From assembly GCA_050011535.1 (NCBI GenBank), contig JBEKIX010000002.1:32365-96364 (forward strand): DNA of 64,000 nt. The letters run 5' to 3'. Of this stretch, positions 28,537 through 38,592 are shown one piece after another (position 1 is the stretch's first letter; each line of letters starts with the position of its first letter). Made by a program: the position numbers and the translations under genes. The stretch is from Acidobacteriota bacterium (lineage in GTDB: Bacteria > Acidobacteriota > UBA6911). The notes under the pieces are model-generated. The model was not told the DNA's origin. It did not search any database and saw nothing but the letters and a program-made list of their open reading frames with translations.

Positions 28537-31059
28537 ATGCAGATCACGATTTTCAGATTCTTGCGCGCATTGCTGATAGGTCTGATTGCTCTGATCTCGC
28601 TCGCCGTGCTGGTCAATTACTCGCAGACCGCGCGCCGCAGGCGCGCTGCCGTTAAACCGATCACGCAGATCCTGAGCCCCGAGATGTTGCGGTCGGCAAA
28701 CAATATTGAGTACTTCGCAAACTCGCAAGGCGGCACCAAGTTTCGCCTGCAAGCTCTGAAACTGCTGGAAAATCGCCAAGGGAAAGAGCTCCTGGAAGGT
28801 GTCACCGCAAATGATTTCGACAGCGAAGGAAACGAGGTCAATCACATTACGAGCGAATGGCTCGAATACGACACAATCGGTAAACAGCTGTTCTTCTATG
28901 GGAAAGTGCGTCTCCATCCAGGGAAGGGCGTCGAGCTGCGCATGCAGACGCTTCACTATAATTTGAAGGACCAGATCGGCTATTCGGATGACCGTTTTCA
29001 GCTCGTTTCGACGCAGGCCGACGGAACGGCGCGGGGAGTCCGCTACGATAATGCCCGCAAGCGCATGGAGCTTCTACACGAAGTTGCATTTGTCGTGCAC
29101 CGGAGTGCGCCCGCCGCGGATGGTTCCGCTCAGAATCAGGATTATCGCCTTTTTTCTCAGCAAGGGACGTACTCCGAGACGGAGCATACGGTGCGTCTAA
29201 ACGGCGCGGCCAGGATCGTATCCGCGACCGGCACACTGGCAGGCGACCGGATTACAGCGACGTTCACGCCGGAAGGGAAACAGCTGACGGGTCTCGTCTG
29301 CGACGGTAACTCTGTTTACGAATCCGTGTACGGGACCGAATCGAGGAAGCTGCAGGGAGAGCGCATCGAGCTGGGCATCAACCAGGCATCACGTACGCTC
29401 GAGAAAATTCTGGTGCACGAACACGCCAGCTTCAGCTCAAATTCTGCCGACGGAGAGCAGAAACTGGATGCGTCGGAAATCCAGCTTGAATTGGATCCGG
29501 TAAAAGGGACGCCACGCACGATCCGGAGCCAGGCAGGCATACGCTTCACCGTCGCGCGTGGAGGGCAGAGCACGGTGCTGACCGGTGACTGGATGGAGGC
29601 AAATTTCGCAGCAGAAGGAGGTGCCCTGGAAGACATGCATCTTCGCGACCATGCGAGCATGATCATGAACAATGCCTCAGGCCGGCCCGATGAGCTTCAA
29701 GCGCAGGACATTCACCTGACGTTCAGCAATTCCGAAGGGCGCAGCGTTCCCCGGGAACTGCAGGCACAAGGTTCGATTCAATGGAAATCGCGAAGTGGCG
29801 GACCTCCAGGCGGCGCGGCAGGAAGCAGCGACAGATCCCTGAACGCGTCCTCTTTGCACTTGACCTACTCCCAAAACGGAGATTTCCTGGAGTCAGGAAC
29901 CGCGGAAAACAACGTGGTCTTGTCCGCGCTTCCCTCGGCAACGGCCACGACAGGTCTGGACCAGCGCCTTCAGTGCGATCGGCTTTCATTCGACTTTTAT
30001 CCCGGCAACAACCGGCTTCGAAGGCTGATTGGTGAGGGTGACGTACGGGTTTTCTATCGCAAACCCGCTGGATCCGGCGGACATTCTTCTTTCGAAGAGT
30101 TTCACACCTCGAGTTCGAGCATCCAGGCTCAATTCCGTGAGAGTGACGGCAGCGCAGAATCGGTCAATCAGTCAGGCAAATTTGTTTACCAGGACGCGAC
30201 GCGAACTGCCAAGGCGGGGACGTGCGACTACGATGCCACCACGGATATGGTTGATTTGCGCAATCATCCGAGCGTTGCGGACTCAGATTCCGCCACCAGT
30301 GGCGATGTGATTAGGTACGCGCGCAACCAAGGCTTGCTGACCGTTCAAGATCACGTTCGTTCGATACTAATGTCCACCAGGGATCACACCTCCGGATTTC
30401 TTACCACCTCCTCCAGTTCGTCTTCGCCCTGCGTCGTCAGTGCCAATGAAATGCAGTATTGGACCAACGGAAACGCAGTCACTTATACAGGACACGTGCA
30501 GTTGCTTTCGGCGACAGGCCAGTTCCAGGCGGATTCGCTTACCCTCTTGGACTCCGGACAGCGCGTTGAAGGCAAGGGAAATGTACGCCATTTGCTATCG
30601 GGCACAGCTATGACCAATTCGGATAAGCGCCCCCGCGAAAACGGAACGTCTGCCGCCAAAACTGACGATAAGGCAAAGGTGGTGAAGCAGACCCTCATCC
30701 GCAGCGCCCGGTTTCAGTACAACCGGGCTGAAAACCGAATGCACTACGAAGATAACGTGACGCTGGATTCGCCCGACGCCAAAGCAAAAGCGGACAGCCT
30801 GGACGCCTTTTTGGATGCCGACGGGACAAAGCTTGAGCGGGCAACTGCACAGGGCAATGTGCTTATTACACAACCGGGCAGGGAGGTAAAAGGCGCAACT
30901 GCCGAGTATCTCCTGTCCGAAGGCAAGGTCGTTGTGACGGGAAACCCTGCCACCGGAAGTCTTGCGGAACTCCGTGATTACGTTAAGGGCACGTCGAGGG
31001 CCCTTCGATTGACATTTTTTACAGCCGATGATAGGATCGTGCTCGAAAATCGCAAGTAG
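28537..31059 (+). CDS. LPS-transport periplasmic bridge protein, apparent LptC-LptA fusion with expanded OstA-like beta-jellyroll repeats (840 aa)
   Basis: N-terminal TM anchor plus an LptC-like domain (residues ~1-190). Repeated OstA/LptA-like segments follow. A canonical LptA C-terminus ([37 protein letters not shown]) sits immediately upstream of lptB. There is no stop codon in 2,520 nt. Confidence 0.55.
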   Translation: MQITIFRFLRALLIGLIALISLAVLVNYSQTARRRRAAVKPITQILSPEMLRSANNIEYFANSQGGTKFRLQALKLLENRQGKELLEGVTANDFDSEGNEVNHITSEWLEYDTIGKQLFFYGKVRLHPGKGVELRMQTLHYNLKDQIGYSDDRFQLVSTQADGTARGVRYDNARKRMELLHEVAFVVHRSAPAADGSAQNQDYRLFSQQGTYSETEHTVRLNGAARIVSATGTLAGDRITATFTPEGKQLTGLVCDGNSVYESVYGTESRKLQGERIELGINQASRTLEKILVHEHASFSSNSADGEQKLDASEIQLELDPVKGTPRTIRSQAGIRFTVARGGQSTVLTGDWMEANFAAEGGALEDMHLRDHASMIMNNASGRPDELQAQDIHLTFSNSEGRSVPRELQAQGSIQWKSRSGGPPGGAAGSSDRSLNASSLHLTYSQNGDFLESGTAENNVVLSALPSATATTGLDQRLQCDRLSFDFYPGNNRLRRLIGEGDVRVFYRKPAGSGGHSSFEEFHTSSSSIQAQFRESDGSAESVNQSGKFVYQDATRTAKAGTCDYDATTDMVDLRNHPSVADSDSATSGDVIRYARNQGLLTVQDHVRSILMSTRDHTSGFLTTSSSSSSPCVVSANEMQYWTNGNAVTYTGHVQLLSATGQFQADSLTLLDSGQRVEGKGNVRHLLSGTAMTNSDKRPRENGTSAAKTDDKAKVVKQTLIRSARFQYNRAENRMHYEDNVTLDSPDAKAKADSLDAFLDADGTKLERATAQGNVLITQPGREVKGATAEYLLSEGKVVVTGNPATGSLAELRDYVKGTSRALRLTFFTADDRIVLENRK

Positions 31060-31091
31060 GCATGTATGATACTGATTGTAAAAGACTTGTG

Positions 31092-31823
31092 ATGAATGAC
31101 TCCAGATTGCAGGCCTTTGGTTTGGAGAAGTCCTACCGGGGAAGGATGGTGGTCAGTGAAGTCGTCCTCGAACTCCGACAGGGTGAGGTCGTGGGACTTT
31201 TGGGCCCCAATGGAGCCGGAAAGACCACGACGTTTTATATCGTAGTCGGGCTGATCCCACCGGATGCAGGCAGGGTTCTGCTGAATGGGGCGGACGTAAC
31301 CAATCTGCCGATGTATCAGAGGGCGCGTTCCGGAATAAGCTACCTTCCACAGGAACCATCGGTGTTCCGCAAGCTCACGGTGGAGGAGAACCTGAAGAGC
31401 ATCGCCGAAACGCTGCCGATCTCCGTGGCAGAACAGGGAGAGAGAGTGGCGGGCCTGCTCGAAGAATTTGGAATTGAGGCGTTGCGGCGCCAGGGAGCAT
31501 ATACCCTGTCCGGCGGTGAACGGCGTCGCTTAGAGATTGCCCGAGCACTTGTCCTTACTCCCAAGTTTGTCCTTCTCGATGAACCCTTCGCCGGCATTGA
31601 CCCTCTTGCCGTCCTTGATATCCAGAGAATCATCAGTCGGTTGAAGGAGCGCGGCATCGGGGTCCTGGTTACCGATCACAATGTGCGCGAAACTTTGAAT
31701 ATCACGGATCGCGCTTATATAATAAGCGAGGGCAAGATCTTGCGTGAAGGCACTCCTGAACAATTGACGAACGACGTGGAGGTTAGGAAGGTTTACCTCG
31801 GCGAAAATTTCAGGCTTAACTAA
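31092..31823 (+). CDS. lptB: LPS export ABC transporter ATP-binding protein
   Basis: [36 protein letters not shown] aligns with E. coli LptB. The ATG at 31092 is preferred over 31062. Confidence 0.85.
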   Translation: MNDSRLQAFGLEKSYRGRMVVSEVVLELRQGEVVGLLGPNGAGKTTTFYIVVGLIPPDAGRVLLNGADVTNLPMYQRARSGISYLPQEPSVFRKLTVEENLKSIAETLPISVAEQGERVAGLLEEFGIEALRRQGAYTLSGGERRRLEIARALVLTPKFVLLDEPFAGIDPLAVLDIQRIISRLKERGIGVLVTDHNVRETLNITDRAYIISEGKILREGTPEQLTNDVEVRKVYLGENFRLN

Positions 31824-31826
31824 GCG

Positions 31827-33278
31827 ATGAATAATCGGCGACAACAACTGCGTCAATCCCTTGATCTGCGGCTAAGTCAAAGGCTGGCGCTTACGCCGTC
31901 TCTGCTGCAGAAAATTGAACTGCTCCAGCTGAATAAGCTGGAATTGCAGGACTTGCTCACGCAGGCGCTTGTCGACAATCCAATCCTGGAGGAAGGCACC
32001 GAGGCAGATGTCCCGCGTGATGCAAATCCTGATGAAAAGATGCCGGAGGCGCCCAAGGAATCCGGTGAGAAGGACTCGTTCGAGGAAATCGATTTCGGAT
32101 ACTTTTTCGACGAATATCTGGACACCGGATACAAGAACCGGGAGGTCGAAGACCCTGAAAAACCTTCATTTGAAACGTTTTTGGTGCGCCCTCCTTCGCT
32201 TACCGACCACTTGATTTCTCAATTAGGCCTTGCGGATGTCGAAGGTCCTATCGCTGAAATTGCCCAGCAGATCATAGGAAACCTGGATGAAGACGGTTAC
32301 CTTCTCGTCAGCACGGAAGAGCTCTGTGACCTGACATCCGCGAGTTTAGAACAGGCCGAGGCGGCGCTTCTCCTGGTTCAGAGCTTTGATCCCATCGGCG
32401 TGGCGGCACGCGATTTGAGGGAGTGCCTGCTGCTCCAATTGCAGGCACGGGGGCTGAAAGACACTCTTCCTTGGCGCGCTGTCAGCGAGCATATGGCGTT
32501 GCTGGAAAACCACAAGTTCAAAGAACTGGCTGCCCGTACGGGTGCTTCTTTTGCGGAGGTGTTGCAGGCGGTCGACGCCATCCAACATCTGATCCCGAAA
32601 CCGGGCCAGAAGTACAATCCTCAGAGTGTCGCCTATGTTCAGCCTGAGGTGACGATCTCCAAAGTCGACGGAGAATTCGTCATCATTCAGAACGAAGATG
32701 GAATGCCGCAGCTGCGCATGAACACCGGCTATCGGGATCTGCTGAAGAGCAACGGTGTCAGTGGGGAAACGAAGGCATTTCTGAGAGAGAAATTCCGTTT
32801 GGCAGTGGAATTGTTGCGGAGCGTAAGCCAAAGAAAACGCACGATATATCGCGTATGCGAGGTCATCATCAATCGTCAGCGCGAGTTTCTTGATCGGGGC
32901 CCTTCTGCATTGCATCCCATGCTGATCAAGGACGTGGCAAACGAGCTGGGAGTGCACAGTTCGACGATCAGTAGGGTCGTGACCAACAAGTACGTCGACA
33001 CGCCCCAGGGGGTAATGGAACTACGAAAGTTTTTCACGATGGGGGTGGAGAGTCCTGATGGAGAGGAACTCTCGATTGTGCAGGTAAAACTGAAGATAAG
33101 AAAACTCATCGAGGATGAAAACAAAGCCAAACCTCACTCTGACAACCAGATCGGGCAACTATTGCGACGGAACAACATTTTCATCACCAGGAGGACAGTG
33201 GCAAAATACCGGGAGCAGATGCAGATTCCCGGCTCGCGCGAGCGGAAGATCGGCTATCTACTCCACGCGGAAAGCTAG
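31827..33278 (+). CDS. rpoN: RNA polymerase sigma-54 factor
   Basis: Gln/Leu-rich N-terminus, a core-binding region and the C-terminal RpoN box ...GVHSSTISRVVTNKYVDTPQG...RKFF. Confidence 0.9.
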   Translation: MNNRRQQLRQSLDLRLSQRLALTPSLLQKIELLQLNKLELQDLLTQALVDNPILEEGTEADVPRDANPDEKMPEAPKESGEKDSFEEIDFGYFFDEYLDTGYKNREVEDPEKPSFETFLVRPPSLTDHLISQLGLADVEGPIAEIAQQIIGNLDEDGYLLVSTEELCDLTSASLEQAEAALLLVQSFDPIGVAARDLRECLLLQLQARGLKDTLPWRAVSEHMALLENHKFKELAARTGASFAEVLQAVDAIQHLIPKPGQKYNPQSVAYVQPEVTISKVDGEFVIIQNEDGMPQLRMNTGYRDLLKSNGVSGETKAFLREKFRLAVELLRSVSQRKRTIYRVCEVIINRQREFLDRGPSALHPMLIKDVANELGVHSSTISRVVTNKYVDTPQGVMELRKFFTMGVESPDGEELSIVQVKLKIRKLIEDENKAKPHSDNQIGQLLRRNNIFITRRTVAKYREQMQIPGSRERKIGYLLHAES

Positions 33279-33365
33279 TTGTGGCGGCGTCAGGGTGGAC
33301 AACAGCTTTCTGGCGCGGCCCACCCCTCAGATCAGCTTGAAATCTCAATCGAGAAGGATGGCAAG

Positions 33366-33908
33366 ATGAACGTGGAAATTACCGGGCGGCATGTAGTGAT
33401 TACGCCTGCGATTCGTTCGTATGTTCTGAAACGTTTGAGCAAGTTTGATAGGCTTTTCGGAGATGGCGTCAGTTTTCACGTCATCATCGATGTGGAAAAG
33501 GAGCGGCACACAGCAGAAATCCTCCTCAAATCCAGGCTTCTTGATTTGACTGGCAAGGGTGAGACCGATGATATGTACACATCGGTGGTGCGCGCCATTG
33601 ACAAACTCGAGCGTCAGGCAATCAAGAATAAGACTCGGCTGATTGAGACAAAACGTCAGAAAGCCAAAGCAAAGTCGGTTCAGAAAAAATCCGGCATCAG
33701 CGTCTCGCGGCCGGCGTCGATCCTAAGTAGACCGGGGATCGTTCTTGAGGAGGAGGAAGTGCCCGGCAGGCCGATGAGCGTCGAGGATGCTCTGGCCGAG
33801 CTTGAACAGTCTGAGCACCAGTTTGTTGCCTTCAGGAACATGGAGTCAGGATCACTGAGCGTAATATATCGGCGGAGGGACGGATCGATTGGCCTGATTC
33901 AGGAGTAG
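33366..33908 (+). CDS. hpf: ribosome hibernation promoting factor, long form with C-terminal extension
   Basis: MNVEITGRHVVITPAIRSYVLKRLSKFDRLF... is followed by a C-terminal dimerisation-like domain (RPMSVEDALAELEQSEHQFVAFRNMESGSLSVIYRRRDGSIGLIQ). AAGGA RBS precedes the ATG. The ORF-track start 33279 is rejected. Confidence 0.85.
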   Translation: MNVEITGRHVVITPAIRSYVLKRLSKFDRLFGDGVSFHVIIDVEKERHTAEILLKSRLLDLTGKGETDDMYTSVVRAIDKLERQAIKNKTRLIETKRQKAKAKSVQKKSGISVSRPASILSRPGIVLEEEEVPGRPMSVEDALAELEQSEHQFVAFRNMESGSLSVIYRRRDGSIGLIQE

Positions 33909-33928
33909 CAGCCGCGAACCGAAATCGT

Positions 33929-34888
33929 ATGTATGCGCAGGAGGGAATTCAACCGGAAGGTGTAACCGTCGAAGAGTTTGCTCTTGCCCCTCAGGTTGGG
34001 CTCGACTTCGAAATCCTGTCCGGCATTGCGGGATATGCGAAAAGGATTCGTATCTCTCGCATCCAAAAGCTCGGCATGGCGCTTGCCGGTTTTACCGACT
34101 ATATCCATTCGGATCGTGTGCAATTGCTCGGCGGTAGTGAGATGAATTACCTGAACATTCTCGACGCTGCCGCCCGACGTGACTCTATTCACCGCCTTCA
34201 ACGCGTCGAGATTTCCTGCATAGTGATCACCAAGGGTCTGGATGCACCTCCTGAATTGACCGAAATGGCGCGGGCTAGAGACTTTGCATTGTTAAAGACG
34301 CCGGCGCTCAGTTCAACATCAATCGAAAAAATCACTGACTACCTGGAAATGCGCCTGGCATCACGCACCACTCTCCATGGAGTGTTCATGGAGGTTTTCG
34401 GGCTCGGCATCCTGATTCTTGGAGCATCAGGAATTGGTAAGAGCGAGTGCGCTCTCGAGCTGATTGTTAAGGGACACCGGCTGGTCGCCGACGACAGCGT
34501 CGAAATCATCCGGCGTGGAGCCGATCGGCTGGTGGGGGCCGGGGGGCCGGTTCTCAAGTACCATATGGAGCTGCGCGGTCTTGGCATCATAGACATCAAA
34601 GAGCTGTTCGGCATTTCCGCAACCGGGAACCCGCACGCCCTTGAATTGGTGGTCCGACTCGAACGTTGGAAACCGGATGGCGTGTATGACCGTCTCGGGA
34701 TCGATTGTTCTACGATTGAAATTCTGGGTGTGCCGGTGCCGCTTATAGAGATGCCGGTCGCGCCCGGGAGGAACGTATCCACGCTGGTGGAGGTCGCGGC
34801 TCGCGCCCAATTGCTCCGCAGGCGCGGTTTTCAACTATCCAGCGAACTCAAGGATGAGCGTGATCCGGTCGGCGACGGCGCGCCGTAG
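33929..34888 (+). CDS. hprK: HPr kinase/phosphorylase
   Basis: Walker A GASGIGKSECALELI and ...HRLVADDSVEI...LRGLGIIDIK are present. Confidence 0.85.
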   Translation: MYAQEGIQPEGVTVEEFALAPQVGLDFEILSGIAGYAKRIRISRIQKLGMALAGFTDYIHSDRVQLLGGSEMNYLNILDAAARRDSIHRLQRVEISCIVITKGLDAPPELTEMARARDFALLKTPALSSTSIEKITDYLEMRLASRTTLHGVFMEVFGLGILILGASGIGKSECALELIVKGHRLVADDSVEIIRRGADRLVGAGGPVLKYHMELRGLGIIDIKELFGISATGNPHALELVVRLERWKPDGVYDRLGIDCSTIEILGVPVPLIEMPVAPGRNVSTLVEVAARAQLLRRRGFQLSSELKDERDPVGDGAP

Positions 34889-34920
34889 CCCCGGTCGTAC
34901 TCGAGGGGTTTGGACGAGAC

Positions 34921-35814
34921 ATGAGCCTTCAGGAACTGGTGGTAGTTACGGGAATGAGCGGTTCCGGAAAAGGGACCGTTCTAAAATCATTCGAGGATCT
35001 AGGTTTCTTCTGCATTGACAATCTTCCGGTCACTCTGATCCATAAGTTCATTGAGGGGATTCATGTAAGCGGCGGCGTTGTGGAACGCGCGGCGCTCGTG
35101 ATCGATATCCGGGCAGGAGAAAGACTTCGCGATCTCGAGAAAATAATACTCAGTTTGCGGGAGTTCGAGTTCCGCGTTTTTGTTCTCTATCTCGAAGCCC
35201 GCGATGAGGTGCTCGTGCGGCGATTCAGCGAGACACGGCGGCCTCACCCGCTCACGACTGACAAGCCTGTTCGCGATGCCATCCGGCTCGAACGCAAACG
35301 CCTGCGTGCGGTACGGGAATGCGCTGATGTCATCATCGACACCTCGGAATACTCCATTCACGAAGTCAAGGCACTGGTCATGAGCCGCTTTCGGGAGCAT
35401 CCCCGGGTGGAGAAACTCATCATCTATCTGGTGAGTTTTGGATATAAGCACGGAGTGCCGTTGGAGAGCGACCTTCTCTTTGATGTGCGCTTCCTGCCGA
35501 ATCCGTTCTTCGTTTCGGGGTTGCGTATGCTGAGCGGCCGGCACCCGCAAGTGGCAAAGTACATGCGTTCCTTTCCCGAGACCAAGGAGTTCATCAAGCG
35601 TGTGTGCAGTTTCCTGGGTTTTCTGATTCCGCTGTATATAAAAGAAGGAAAGGCGTATCTCACTGTAGGTGTTGGATGTACGGGAGGACGGCACCGGTCT
35701 GTGTATATCGTGGAAGAGCTGGCCAAGCTGATCAAGTTCCGGAAGGTGACCATCAAGGTCAGGCATCGGGATGAAGCACAGGCACGGCTGGCGCAATCGC
35801 ATTCTCGATCCTGA
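34921..35814 (+). CDS. rapZ: RNase adapter protein RapZ (YhbJ, P-loop NTPase)
   Basis: VVVTGMSGSGKGTVLKSFEDLGFFCIDNLP and the C-terminal ...GCTGGRHRSVYIVEELA are present. Confidence 0.85.
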   Translation: MSLQELVVVTGMSGSGKGTVLKSFEDLGFFCIDNLPVTLIHKFIEGIHVSGGVVERAALVIDIRAGERLRDLEKIILSLREFEFRVFVLYLEARDEVLVRRFSETRRPHPLTTDKPVRDAIRLERKRLRAVRECADVIIDTSEYSIHEVKALVMSRFREHPRVEKLIIYLVSFGYKHGVPLESDLLFDVRFLPNPFFVSGLRMLSGRHPQVAKYMRSFPETKEFIKRVCSFLGFLIPLYIKEGKAYLTVGVGCTGGRHRSVYIVEELAKLIKFRKVTIKVRHRDEAQARLAQSHSRS

Positions 35815-35823
35815 GGGAACCTA

Positions 35824-36222
35824 ATGATCGGCGCACTATTGGTAAGCCACGGTCACCTCGCGCAGGAGTTATTGGCTGCTGCTGAGATGATCGTTGGAGA
35901 GATTTCGCATATTCAGGCGGTTTCGATCGGCTGGCACGATGACGTCAACGATGCGCGCAGTGAAATTGAGAAGCGCATCGCGGATGTGGACGGCGGCGCA
36001 GGAGTGCTCATTCTCACGGACATGTTCGGGGGTACGCCGTCCAATATCGCCTTTTCGTTTCACGAACCCGGAAAACTGGATGTTGTGACGGGCGCAAACC
36101 TGCCGATGATCATCAAAATCGCCAGCCAGAAGGAGGGGGAAACTTTAGAGTCACTGGCGCGCTCGGTTTGCGAGCAGGGGCGCTCAAGCATCGCCATGGC
36201 AAGCGATTTTTTGAAGACATGA
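35824..36222 (+). CDS. PTS EIIA component, mannose/fructose family (occupies the position ptsN holds in E. coli)
   Basis: MIGALLVSHGHLAQEL...VLILTDMFGGTPSN has the EIIA-Man fold signature with the phospho-His in VSHGHLA. Confidence 0.75.
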   Translation: MIGALLVSHGHLAQELLAAAEMIVGEISHIQAVSIGWHDDVNDARSEIEKRIADVDGGAGVLILTDMFGGTPSNIAFSFHEPGKLDVVTGANLPMIIKIASQKEGETLESLARSVCEQGRSSIAMASDFLKT

Positions 36223-36494
36223 TTCAGCTTTCAATCGTTGTGGAAAACAGGCTGGGTTTGCACGCTCGTGCCGCCGCGAAACTGGTCCAATTGGCGTCGC
36301 GTTACGGCAGCGACATCTACCTAGCCCGCGAAGGATATCAGCAGGCGATTAACGCCAAGAGCATCCTGGGGGTTTTGATGTTGGCCGCTTCCAAGGGTAC
36401 GCATCTCGTAGTCTCCATCAGTGGGCCCGATGAGGTCGATGCGGGTGAAGCCGTCGGCGGGCTGTTTGCCGCCAAATTTGGAGAGGAAAGTTGA
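36219..36494 (+). CDS. ptsH: phosphocarrier protein HPr/NPr
   Basis: MIQLSIVVENRLGLHARAAAKLVQLA has the His15 region. Ser46-type region KSILGVLML is present. ATGA overlap with the EIIA gene stop. Confidence 0.8.
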   Translation: MIQLSIVVENRLGLHARAAAKLVQLASRYGSDIYLAREGYQQAINAKSILGVLMLAASKGTHLVVSISGPDEVDAGEAVGGLFAAKFGEES

Positions 36495-36511
36495 ACGGCA
36501 CCACGGCTGAA

Positions 36512-38332
36512 ATGGTATTCCACGGCAACGGCATCTCACACGGTGTCGCGCTGGGGAGCGCGCTGAAACTCGACAGCTACAACAGGGTCATCCTGAAGAC
36601 GCTGCTCGACGACAATCTTGTGGAAGACGAAGTCAGCCGCTTTCAACTGGCGATCCGCACCTCAAAAGAGCAGCTGGAGGGTCTGAAACAACAATTAGCG
36701 GAAAAAGTCGGCGCCGAGCACGGCTTCATCCTGGATGTGCACATCTTGATGCTGGAAGACGACAGCCTCATGGATCATATCATTGCCATTATCCGGGGCC
36801 AGCATGCCAATGCCGAATGGGCCGTCCGCCAGGCCACAGACCGAATCATGGAGGCGTATAAATCGCTGGACGATGAGTACTTCCGAGAGCGTGTGAGTGA
36901 CATAGAAAACGTGGTCGAGCGCATCCTATTGAATTTGAGGGGTGATCATCCGGTCCCATGGGCGCCCTTGCCGCAAGACTTGATTGTGGTTGCCCACGAT
37001 TTCAATCCGTCTGCGTTTGCAACCATGGACCTGCAAAAGGTGCGCGCACTGGCGCTTGAATCCGGAGGGCGCACGTCGCATACCGCGATCATCGCACGTA
37101 GCCTGCGACTGCCGGCGGTCATGGAGATCAAGGGGTTTCTTCCCTTGGTGGCCACCGGCGATACGCTATTGGTGAACGGGGACGAAGGCGAACTCGTCTT
37201 GAATCCATCCGAAGAGCGCCTCAAAAGGTTGGGTCCGCGGCTCGAACAATCCAAGCTGGGAGTGCCGGAACTTGCCGCATCGCAGGACAGCGCTGCGGTA
37301 ACCGAAGATGGTGTTCACATTTCGCTACAGGCAAACACCGAAATGCCTCATGAGGTAATGGCTGCGAAGAGATGTGGGGCTGAAGGGATAGGTCTTTTCA
37401 GGTCAGAGTTTCTCTTCTTTGCGCATCCGCAGGGTTTTCCGAGCATGGGAGAGCAGCTGGAGACGTATCAGATGCTGGCCCGCGAGATGTTTCCCTATCC
37501 TGTGGCGATACGGACGCTGGATGCAGGAGGCGACAAGACCTGGGCTCGCACAGCTCCCTCGCTGGAACCCAATCCGAGCATGGGCTTGCGCGGGATTCGC
37601 CTCAGCCTGCGCACTAAGCAACATTTTTCAGCACAAATCGAGGCAATCCTGCGCGCGAGCGCTTCTGGAAAGCTCGAAATCGTACTTCCCATGGTTTCCA
37701 CCGTCGAGGAACTCTGGGAGGCCAAGAAACTTATCGAGGAAGTACGATTAAGCATCCGTCTGGAAGGAGGCCAGGTACCTGCTCCTGTGCCAGTCGGAGC
37801 GATGATTGAAGTTCCGGCTGCGGTTCTGACGCTGGACCGTCTGGCCCGCGAGGTCGATTTCCTCTGCGTGGGGACCAATGACCTGATCCAGTATCTCCTT
37901 GCGGTGGATCGTGATAACCCCCATGTAGCCCACCTGTTTCAACCGCTGCATCCCTCGATCCTGCAATGTCTGCGGAGGATCGCGGAAACCGCAACGAATT
38001 TGAAGAAGCCGGTGCGGATATGCGGCGAAATGTCCTGCAACCCGTTTTTTGCGGTTCTCTTTCTTGGAATGGGCTATGACCAGCTGAGCATGAATCCCAG
38101 GTTCATACCCGAAACCAGGCAAGTCGTTCGCAGCGTCACCGTGCGCGCAGCGCGCAAGATCGTCGATGAAGCCGTGACATTTACCACGGCTGCCGAAATC
38201 GCGGAGTTCCTTATTGCGGAGGTTTCTCGCCTGGTGAAGCTGGACCTCAGTTCTTTCGAAAAGGAGCTAAGATCAAGTGGTGCAATCTCTGGCGACACAC
38301 CGACCCCGGGTTCATCGGCTCTCGCAGAATGA
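36512..38332 (+). CDS. ptsI: phosphoenolpyruvate-protein phosphotransferase (Enzyme I)
   Basis: MVFHGNGISHGVALGSA matches the EI N-terminus. The phospho-His region GGRTSHTAIIARSL and the PEP-utilising C-terminal domain (...CGEMS) are present. Confidence 0.85.
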   Translation: MVFHGNGISHGVALGSALKLDSYNRVILKTLLDDNLVEDEVSRFQLAIRTSKEQLEGLKQQLAEKVGAEHGFILDVHILMLEDDSLMDHIIAIIRGQHANAEWAVRQATDRIMEAYKSLDDEYFRERVSDIENVVERILLNLRGDHPVPWAPLPQDLIVVAHDFNPSAFATMDLQKVRALALESGGRTSHTAIIARSLRLPAVMEIKGFLPLVATGDTLLVNGDEGELVLNPSEERLKRLGPRLEQSKLGVPELAASQDSAAVTEDGVHISLQANTEMPHEVMAAKRCGAEGIGLFRSEFLFFAHPQGFPSMGEQLETYQMLAREMFPYPVAIRTLDAGGDKTWARTAPSLEPNPSMGLRGIRLSLRTKQHFSAQIEAILRASASGKLEIVLPMVSTVEELWEAKKLIEEVRLSIRLEGGQVPAPVPVGAMIEVPAAVLTLDRLAREVDFLCVGTNDLIQYLLAVDRDNPHVAHLFQPLHPSILQCLRRIAETATNLKKPVRICGEMSCNPFFAVLFLGMGYDQLSMNPRFIPETRQVVRSVTVRAARKIVDEAVTFTTAAEIAEFLIAEVSRLVKLDLSSFEKELRSSGAISGDTPTPGSSALAE

Positions 38333-38592
38333 ACATCGAGGGAGGAATACCGTCAGGCAAACTGCAGTTGTATGTTCCTTACTCCCGCGCTGGATTCCAA
38401 TCGCGCATCATACGTTGCCCCGGACGCAGGTGATGTGCGATAATTGAAAGCGTGAAGTCATGCCGAACTAACTCTGCAGTGGCGAGGGACCAAGCAACCG
38501 CGCTGGACAGAATAGTGATACTTTGAGCTGGAGGCTGCATCTAATTGAGTGTCGGCATCAATGCACTGATTAAGAATCGCCAGGAGGCTATC

